DNA from: Acidimicrobiales bacterium | Lineage (GTDB): Bacteria; Actinomycetota; Acidimicrobiia; Acidimicrobiales; VFJN01 | Direction of reading: 5' to 3' | Length of the DNA: 39,242 nt | NCBI GenBank assembly: GCA_035259985.1 | Contig: DATFVX010000095.1 | Location: 1 to 39,242 of the forward strand | Shown: positions 33,269 through 39,242 of the stretch, piece after piece | Numbering within the stretch: the first letter of the stretch is position 1 | How the letters are laid out: the number at the start of each line of letters is the position of its first letter | Position numbers and translations under genes: made by a program | Notes under the pieces: generated by a model | Seen by the model: the letters and a program-made list of their open reading frames with translations, nothing else | Told to the model about the DNA's origin: nothing | The model's database searches: none

Positions 33269-34359
33269 CCGGGCGTCCCCCAGCGCCACAGGGCGGTCCC
33301 CACGGTGAGACCCGCGCCGAAACCGGAAACCAGCACGACGTCGCCCTCGCCCAGGCGGCCGCCGTCGGCCTCCTCGGCGAGGGCCAGGGGGATCGACGCC
33401 GCGGATGTGTTGCCGAACCGGTCGACGTTGCTCACCGTGCGTTCCGGCGGGATGCCGATGCGGGGGAGCACCGCATCGACGATCCGGGCGTTCGCCTGGT
33501 GGGGGATGAACCAGGTCACGTCGTCGGCGACGCAGCCGGCGCGGGCCAGCGTCCGGTTGACCGACGCCGCCACGGCCCGGACCGCCCGGCGGAAGACCTC
33601 TCGCCCGTCCATCTGCAGGTAGTGCTCCCCGGCCGCGACGGTAGCGGCGCTTGCGGGACGGGCGCTTCCCCCCGCCGGCACCACCAGAAGGTCGATGCCC
33701 CCGGGGTCCCCCACGAGGTCACAGGAGACCAGCCCCGGCGCCGCGGGCTCCTGCCCGGCGGCGGGGGCGGGGGCGCTCGACCCGGTGCCCGCCAGGACCA
33801 GCGCCGCGGCCGCGTCCCCGAACAGGACTGCCGTGGAGCGATCGTCCGGGTCGGTGAAGCGGGTCAGGGTGTCGGCGCCCACCACCAGGGCGTTGCGCGC
33901 CATGCCCTGCCCGATCAGGGCCGCTGCGCTGGTGAGGCCGTACACGAAGCCGGCGCAGGCGGCGTTGAGGTCGAAGGCGCCGCCGGTGATCCCGAGCTCG
34001 GCGGCGACGATCGCGGCAGTGGCCGGGATCAGGCGCTCCGGCGTGCTGGTGGCGACGACCACGACGTCGACGTCGGCGGCCGCGACGCCGGCACGGTCCA
34101 GCGCGGCGCGGCTCGCCGACAGGGCCAGCGGCCCGGTGGACTCGCCAGGGCCCGACACGCGACGCTCGCGGATGCCGGTCCGCTCGGCGATCCACTCGTC
34201 GCTCGTATCGAGGGTCTGGGCGAGGTCGTCGTTGGTCACGCGGCGCGCGGGCAGGGCGTGGCCCCAACCGGCCACCGCCACACCGGTCATCGGTCTGCCG
34301 GCCGACGCGGGTGATCGGGCCTCGCGGGCGAGATCCTCGATGGCCGCGGTGCTGCTCAT
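33265..34359 (-). CDS. fabH: 3-oxoacyl-ACP synthase III (KAS III)
   Basis: 364 aa from ATG 34359, which overlaps the upstream TGA (ATGA). An alternative ATG at 34290 would remove 23 aa. Catalytic triad contexts: [33 protein letters not shown]. Confidence 0.92.
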   Translation of the reverse strand: MSSTAAIEDLAREARSPASAGRPMTGVAVAGWGHALPARRVTNDDLAQTLDTSDEWIAERTGIRERRVSGPGESTGPLALSASRAALDRAGVAAADVDVVVVATSTPERLIPATAAIVAAELGITGGAFDLNAACAGFVYGLTSAAALIGQGMARNALVVGADTLTRFTDPDDRSTAVLFGDAAAALVLAGTGSSAPAPAAGQEPAAPGLVSCDLVGDPGGIDLLVVPAGGSARPASAATVAAGEHYLQMDGREVFRRAVRAVAASVNRTLARAGCVADDVTWFIPHQANARIVDAVLPRIGIPPERTVSNVDRFGNTSAASIPLALAEEADGGRLGEGDVVLVSGFGAGLTVGTALWRWGTPG

Positions 34360-34664
34360 GCCACGACTCGCACCCACGCCAAGGGCTGGTCGGCGCGGAC
34401 CCGCTCGCCCGGCAGGGCCAGCAGCCCCATCAGGAACCCGGTGTGGGGGCTCGTCACCGGGACGGCGCCGTCGGTGACCTCGATGGTGCCCATGTGTTGC
34501 CCGCGGTAGACGATCTCGCCCTCCGCGGTCACAACCTCCGGCGCTGCAGCCCGGAACACGCCGGCGGCCGGCGCGGCGATCAGGCGCTCGGGGACGTGCA
34601 GGTCCTCGGCGATCGGCTCGTCGTAGGCGGAGACGGCCATGAGCGGGTCGTCCAATGCGGTCAT
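34356..34664 (-). CDS. Biotinyl/lipoyl-attachment-like domain protein lacking the modifiable lysine (BCCP-like, non-biotinylatable)
   Basis: 102 aa, with ATGA overlaps at both ends (fabD stop/start 34661-34664; its own stop/fabH start 34356-34359). It aligns by eye with the BCCP C-domain: LIAAPAAGVFR...GEIVYRGQHMGTIEVTDGAVPVTSPHTGFLMGLLALPGERVRADQPLAWV. The canonical E-A-M-K-M is replaced by E-V-T-D-G. Confidence 0.7.
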   Translation of the reverse strand: MTALDDPLMAVSAYDEPIAEDLHVPERLIAAPAAGVFRAAAPEVVTAEGEIVYRGQHMGTIEVTDGAVPVTSPHTGFLMGLLALPGERVRADQPLAWVRVVA

Positions 34665-35596
34665 CGGTTGGCTCCGGCAAAGGTGTTGGCGGCTAGGACG
34701 TTGGAGAGGTCGTCGGGTGTGGTCACGTTGAGCACGGTCACATCGGGGACCGTGCGCTTGGCCAGTCCGGCGAGAACCCGGCCCGGCCCGACCTCGATGA
34801 AGGTCGTCGCCCCGGACGCGGCGAGCGTCCGTTGCGACTCGCGCCACCGCACGGGCTCGACCAGGTGCCTGGTCAGCTGGTCGGTCCAGCAGTGCGGGTC
34901 GGTGTGCCCGAGCGCGTCGGTGTTGGCCACGACCGGTGCGGTCGCCTCCCGGAAGGCGACGTCGTCGAGGAACGGCCGCAGGCCGGCGGCGGCGTCGGCC
35001 AGCAATGGGGTGTGGAAGGCGTGGCCCACGTCGAGCGCCAGCACCCGCCGGACGCCCAGCGCCCGCGCCCGGTCGCCGGCCGCGGCCAGGCCCTCGGGCG
35101 TCCCGGCGATCACGACCTGACCGGGGGCGTTGTCGTTGGCGATCCACACGTCGCCGGCGCCCTCGCAGACCCGGGCCGCGACGTCGAGCTCGGCCCCGAC
35201 GAGCGCCGCCATGCCGCCCGCCCGGGCGTCGGCCGATGCCTGGGAAAGGTCAGCCCGGCGGGCGGCAAGCCGGAGCCCGTCACTCCGGCTGACGGCACCT
35301 GCGGCCAGCAGGGCGGTGATCTGCCCCAACGAATGGCCGGCGAACGCGACCGGTGCCTCGTCCAGCTGGGGCGCCAGCGCCTCCCAGGCGACGAGGGAGC
35401 TCAGCAGCACGGCCAGCTGGCTGGCGCCGGTCGCCCCCAGCTCCGCGGCGTCCGCCTCGAGGAGCAATCGCGCCACCGGCCGGTCGAGGACCGCCTCGGC
35501 CTCGGCCACCGCCTCCCATGCCCGGTGATCGACCCAGGCGCGCCCCGCTCCTGGCGCGGCGGCGCCTTGACCGGGAAAGATCACGGCGTAGGGCAC
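34661..35596 (-). CDS. fabD: Malonyl-CoA:ACP transacylase
   Basis: 311 aa with a GTG start and GGAGG 9 nt upstream. VIFPGQG, active-site GHSLGQ, VGHAFHTPLL, VRW. Confidence 0.93.
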   Translation of the reverse strand: MPYAVIFPGQGAAAPGAGRAWVDHRAWEAVAEAEAVLDRPVARLLLEADAAELGATGASQLAVLLSSLVAWEALAPQLDEAPVAFAGHSLGQITALLAAGAVSRSDGLRLAARRADLSQASADARAGGMAALVGAELDVAARVCEGAGDVWIANDNAPGQVVIAGTPEGLAAAGDRARALGVRRVLALDVGHAFHTPLLADAAAGLRPFLDDVAFREATAPVVANTDALGHTDPHCWTDQLTRHLVEPVRWRESQRTLAASGATTFIEVGPGRVLAGLAKRTVPDVTVLNVTTPDDLSNVLAANTFAGANR

Positions 35597-35685
35597 GGGC
35601 GGGGACCTCCAGCGAACGACGGTCGGCGGCGGGAAGGGTGTTCCGGGTCCGACTGCCCCGCTGGCCGTTGGTTACACGCGTCTAT

Positions 35686-35704
35686 GGAATTCTTCTAGGA
35701 ATTC
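35686..35704. promoter_or_regulatory. AT-rich dyad GGAATTC-TTCTA-GGAATTC in the fabD / MerR divergent spacer (candidate operator)
   Basis: Read directly. It holds two GAATTC palindromes 12 bp apart centre to centre. It is flanked by -35-like hexamers TTACAC (plus strand, 35672-35677) and TTGCGA (minus strand, 35709-35704). Confidence 0.4.
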
Positions 35705-35739
35705 GCAAGCGCACATGACGAAGGGGACCGGGGGCCTCG

Positions 35740-36558
35740 ATGGCACAGCAGACTGATGGTGACGGATCGGCGCCGCACCGCTACCGAGCGGCCGATCTGG
35801 CAGCCGAGGTGGGCATCAGCGTGCAGCTGCTCCGCTCCTACCAGTCCAAGGGTCTGCTGCCCCCGCCGCGGCACGAGGGACGGGTGGCCTGGTACGGGCC
35901 ACACCACCTCGAACGGCTCCGGCACATTCGCCACCTCAAGGAGCGTGGCTACTCGCTGCGGATGATCGAGGAGGTGGTCGGGGAAGCGGCCGAGCCGGGC
36001 TTCCCGCACATCGAGGAACACGAGGTGCTCAGGCTCAACGAGGTGGCGGAGCGGAGCCGGGTGCCCGTCGAGCTGTTGCGGGCCCTCGAGGCGTCGGGGC
36101 TGCTGCGGCCCCACCACATGGCAGACGGGGACCGCTACAGCGACGCCGACGTCCGCTTCGTCCGGCACGTGCTCACGCTGCTGGGTGTCGGCCTGTCGCT
36201 GGACGACCTGATGCGGATCGCCCGGCAGCAGCTGGTCACGTCCGACGCGCTCGGCCGCGACGTGGTCGACGCGTGGGCCCAGCTCGTGGGGATCCGGATC
36301 CGGGCCAAGCGCCGGGATGCGCCGGACCAGGCGACCCGGGTGGCCGCGTCGCTGCGGGCGCTGGCGGCCATCGTCGGCCAGCTCGTCGCCTACCGGGTGG
36401 AGCGGTCGGTGCTCGACGCCGCGCAGGCCGAGATCGAGGCCGAGGGCACCCCCGCCGAGCGCGAGGCACTGGCCAGGTCGCTGACGTCGCCACCGGGCCG
36501 GGCCCGCCAGCCAGATGCCGCCGACGCCGGTCCGGTCGAGGGGCTCCCGGGCCCTTGA
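35740..36558 (+). CDS. MerR-family transcriptional regulator with two tandem MerR-type HTH domains
   Basis: 272 aa. Domain 1: YRAADLAAEVGISVQLLRSYQSKGLLPPPRHEGRVAWYGPHHLERLRHIRHLKERGYSL. Domain 2: LRLNEVAERSRVPVELLRALEASGLLRPHHMADGDRYSDADVRFVRHVLTLLGVGLSL. Divergent from the fab operon. Confidence 0.8.
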   Translation: MAQQTDGDGSAPHRYRAADLAAEVGISVQLLRSYQSKGLLPPPRHEGRVAWYGPHHLERLRHIRHLKERGYSLRMIEEVVGEAAEPGFPHIEEHEVLRLNEVAERSRVPVELLRALEASGLLRPHHMADGDRYSDADVRFVRHVLTLLGVGLSLDDLMRIARQQLVTSDALGRDVVDAWAQLVGIRIRAKRRDAPDQATRVAASLRALAAIVGQLVAYRVERSVLDAAQAEIEAEGTPAEREALARSLTSPPGRARQPDAADAGPVEGLPGP

Positions 36559-36631
36559 CCGCCGATCGGACAGGGTCCTCAGGGCCGGGCCGTACTGCTT
36601 TTCACGGCCGGCCCGTACCCTGATGCACCGC

Positions 36632-38221
36632 ATGTCCGAGTCCCCCGCCGACAGCGCGGCGCGCCGCCGCACGTTCGCCATCATCAGCCACCCCGACGCG
36701 GGCAAGACCACCCTCACCGAGAAGTTCCTCCTCTACGGCGGCGCGGTGCAGGAGGCCGGCCAGGTCAAGGCCCGGGGTGAGCGTCGCCGCGCCCGGTCCG
36801 ACTGGATGGAGCTCGAGCAGAAGCGTGGGATCTCGATCACGTCTGCGGTGCTGCAGTTCCCCTACCGCGGCGACGTGTTGAACCTGCTCGACACGCCGGG
36901 TCACCGCGACTTCTCCGAGGACACCTATCGCGTGCTCGCGGCGGTCGACGCGGCCGTCATGGTGCTCGACGCCGCCAAGGGCATCGAGGCGCAGACACTC
37001 AAGCTGTTCGAGGTGTGCCGGGCGCGCAACGTGCCCCTGCTCACGTTCCTCAACAAGTGGGACAGGCCGGGGCGCGACGGGCTGGAGTTGCTCGACGAGA
37101 TCGAGGCGCGGCTCGACCTGCAGCCGGTGCCGGTGACCTGGCCCGTGGGCATCGCCGGGGACTTCCGGGGACTCATCGACCGGCGGACGGGTCACTTCGT
37201 GCGCTACGCCCGGACCGCGCACGGCTCGGCCGAGGCGATCGAGGAGGTCGTCGATCCCCAGCGCGCCGCCAGCGGACCCGACGCGGACGCCTGGCGGTCC
37301 GCGAGCGACGAGGTGGCGCTGGTCGAGGGGGTGGCCGGGGGCGTGGACCCGGACCTCTTCCTGGCGGGCGAGCAGACGCCGGTGTTCGTCGGCTCGGCGC
37401 TCACCAACTTCGGGGTCCGACCGTTGCTCGACGGGATCGTCGACCTCGCGCCCCCACCCACGCCGCGGCTGGACGTCGACGGCGCCGCCCGCAAGCTCGA
37501 CGACCCCTTCTCGGCGTTCGTGTTCAAGGTGCAGGCCAACATGGACCCGGCACACCGCGACCGGGTCGCGTTCCTGCGGGTGTGCTCGGGGCGGTTCGAG
37601 CGCGGCATGGTCGTGACCCACGAGCCGAGCGGGAGGCCGTTTGCCACCAAGTACGCCCACTCGCTGTTCGGTCAGGAGCGCGACACGGTCGAGGAGGCGT
37701 ACCCGGGCGACATCGTGGCCCTGGTCAACGCCACCGACGTGAGGGTGGGCGACACGCTCTACGTCGACGCCCCGGTCGCGTTCCCCCGGCTGCCGGAGTT
37801 CGCGCCCGAGCACTTCGTGACGGCGCGGGCCCGAGACACGGGCCGGTTCAAGCAGTTCCGCCGCGGGATCGCGCAGCTCGACGAAGAGGGTGTGGTCCAG
37901 GTGCTGCGGGACCGCGAGCAGGGTGACCAGGCGCCCATGCTGGCGGCCGTCGGGCCGATGCAGCTCGAGGTGGCGGCCTGGCGACTCGAGCACGAGTTCG
38001 GCGCCGCCACCGACCTCTCGCCGACCGCCTACACGCTGGCTCGCCGGACCGACGAAGCGTCGGAGGCCGCCCTGCGCGCCATGCCGGGTGTCCGGGTGCT
38101 GCGACGGGCCGACGGGACGCTCTACGCCCTGTTCGAGAGCCCGTACTGGCTGGCGCGCGTCGAAGCGGAGAACCCGGAGCTGACGCTGGAACGCCTGGTG
38201 GCCGAGGGCACCGCAGGCTGA
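36632..38221 (+). CDS. prfC: Peptide chain release factor 3 (GTPase)
   Basis: 529 aa from ATG 36632 (ATG 36623 is also possible). RRTFAIISHPDAGKTTLTEKFLLYGG, DWMELEQKRGISITS, LLDTPGHRDF, LNKWDR. Confidence 0.94.
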   Translation: MSESPADSAARRRTFAIISHPDAGKTTLTEKFLLYGGAVQEAGQVKARGERRRARSDWMELEQKRGISITSAVLQFPYRGDVLNLLDTPGHRDFSEDTYRVLAAVDAAVMVLDAAKGIEAQTLKLFEVCRARNVPLLTFLNKWDRPGRDGLELLDEIEARLDLQPVPVTWPVGIAGDFRGLIDRRTGHFVRYARTAHGSAEAIEEVVDPQRAASGPDADAWRSASDEVALVEGVAGGVDPDLFLAGEQTPVFVGSALTNFGVRPLLDGIVDLAPPPTPRLDVDGAARKLDDPFSAFVFKVQANMDPAHRDRVAFLRVCSGRFERGMVVTHEPSGRPFATKYAHSLFGQERDTVEEAYPGDIVALVNATDVRVGDTLYVDAPVAFPRLPEFAPEHFVTARARDTGRFKQFRRGIAQLDEEGVVQVLRDREQGDQAPMLAAVGPMQLEVAAWRLEHEFGAATDLSPTAYTLARRTDEASEAALRAMPGVRVLRRADGTLYALFESPYWLARVEAENPELTLERLVAEGTAG

Positions 38222-38231
38222 GCGCCACCCT

Positions 38232-39242
38232 CTACGAACAGGTCGTGCCGTCCTCGGGCGGCTCCAGGTCGACCAGGTAGCGCGCCACGGCGTCGTCGAC
38301 GCAGGGCACGCCGTTGCCCACCACCGTGTGACCCTCGCCCTCGTACGTGAGCAGGACGCCGGACGCGAGCCGCTCAGCGGTGCGCACCCCGGCCTCGTAC
38401 GGCGTCGCGGGATCGCCCGTCGTCGACACCACCACGATCGGGGGGGCATCCGGGGCGGTCACCGCCGCCAGTGGCTCCTCCTCGACCGGCCACATCGCGC
38501 AGCGGACGTAGTCGTTGACGATGGGCTCGCCGAAGTGGGGCGCGGCGCGGGCGGCGGCGGCGCCGGCGGCCAGCAGCTCGTCGGGCGACTCCGGCCAGTC
38601 GAAGTCGAGGCAGTCCACCGCGAAGTAGATGTCGAAGTCGGACAGACCGATGTACTGGTCGGCCAGCTCGACCATGCCGGACCCGTCGCCGTCGAGCCCC
38701 GAGGCGATGGCGTCGGCCAGGTCGGGCCACAGCGACTGGCTGTAGAGCGGCATCGCCAGCCCGGTCGACAGCTCGCCGGGTCCGAGGTCGCGCGGCGAGC
38801 CGGGGATCGGTTCCTCCTCGACGCGGGCGCTCAGCTCGTCGATGGCTGCCATCGCATCCGGGGCGATCGGGCACGAAGGATCGGCATCGCAGTCGGCGGC
38901 GAACGCCTCGAGCGCCTGCTCGAAGCCGCGCGACTGCTCGGTGGCCAGCTCGGTGCCGGTCGGGCCCAGCTCGAGCACCCCGTCGAGCACCATGGCCCGC
39001 ACCCGATCGGGGAACAACTCGGCGAGCATCTGGCCGATGGCCGTGCCGTAGCTGAAGCCGAGGTAGTTGATCTCCTCGTCGCCCATCGCGGCCCGGACCG
39101 CATCGATGTCGCGGGCCACATCGGCGGTGCCGAGGTGCGGCAGTAGGTCCCCTGCGGCTCGCTCGCAGCCGTCGACGTAGGCGGAGCTCACGTCGAGCAG
39201 CGCGGTCTTGTCCTCAGACGAGTCGAGGGAGTAGTCGAGGCC
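38232..39242 (-). CDS. Alpha/beta hydrolase, tripeptidyl-aminopeptidase (S33, TAP C-terminal domain) family; 5' end lies outside the window
   Basis: The frame is open to the window edge (GLDYSLDSSEDKTALLDVSSAYVDGC...). Nucleophile elbow GFSYG. C-terminal TAP-like segment PPIVVVSTTGDPATPYEAG...YEGEGHTV. The track start at 39191 is internal. Confidence 0.8.
   Translation of the reverse strand, partial: GLDYSLDSSEDKTALLDVSSAYVDGCERAAGDLLPHLGTADVARDIDAVRAAMGDEEINYLGFSYGTAIGQMLAELFPDRVRAMVLDGVLELGPTGTELATEQSRGFEQALEAFAADCDADPSCPIAPDAMAAIDELSARVEEEPIPGSPRDLGPGELSTGLAMPLYSQSLWPDLADAIASGLDGDGSGMVELADQYIGLSDFDIYFAVDCLDFDWPESPDELLAAGAAAARAAPHFGEPIVNDYVRCAMWPVEEEPLAAVTAPDAPPIVVVSTTGDPATPYEAGVRTAERLASGVLLTYEGEGHTVVGNGVPCVDDAVARYLVDLEPPEDGTTCS

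Noticed and set aside
36602-38449. 615-aa minus-strand ORF over prfC
   Set aside because: It lies antisense to a GTPase with intact G1-G4 motifs and shows a high-GC artefact composition.

Overview
This is a high-GC actinobacterial-type chromosome segment centred on the replication origin. Read left to right, it holds five blocks. (1) The 3' end of a large exported-domain CDS, an ECF sigma / anti-sigma pair, a small membrane protein, trxB and trxA. (2) The minus-strand origin-proximal block parB-parA, a 600-bp non-coding spacer with four parS sites, then rsmG-jag-yidC-yidD-rnpA-rpmH. (3) The plus-strand block dnaA-dnaN-recF-DUF721(DciA-like)-gyrB-gyrA, with DnaA-box clusters on both sides of dnaA. 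After gyrA come a TadE-like/M15-peptidase fusion gene, a DUF3566 membrane protein and tRNA-Ile(GAT). (4) A less conserved stretch at about 21.2-28.2 kb. It holds a primase-polymerase gene remnant abutting the tRNA, a fatty-acid-hydroxylase-family membrane protein coupled to a class III nucleotidyl cyclase, a split ChrB-like pair, a saccharopine-dehydrogenase-like protein, a DinB/MDMPI-like protein, corA and an inositol-monophosphatase-family protein. (5) A nine-gene, tightly translationally coupled type II fatty-acid synthase operon on the minus strand: fabD, a Lys-less biotinyl-domain protein, fabH, fabG, acpP, fabF, an accD6-like carboxyltransferase, fabI and fabZ. It faces a divergent tandem-MerR regulator and is followed by prfC and a truncated alpha/beta hydrolase. 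Gene order closely mirrors the Mycobacterium/Streptomyces oriC region. I found no CRISPR array, intact mobile element, toxin-antitoxin pair or recognisable defence system, and I do not claim a new 'system'. The items most worth a second look are the non-biotinylatable BCCP-like gene inside the FAS-II operon, rpmH (absent from the ORF track) apparently embedded out of frame inside rnpA with twin Shine-Dalgarno sites, the prim-pol relic at tRNA-Ile, the TadE-like/M15 fusion inserted after gyrA, and several palindromic DNA sites (parS, DnaA-box palindromes, AACC-N2-GGTT operators, a GAATTC dyad). Many long antisense or off-frame ORFs in the track are high-GC artefacts.
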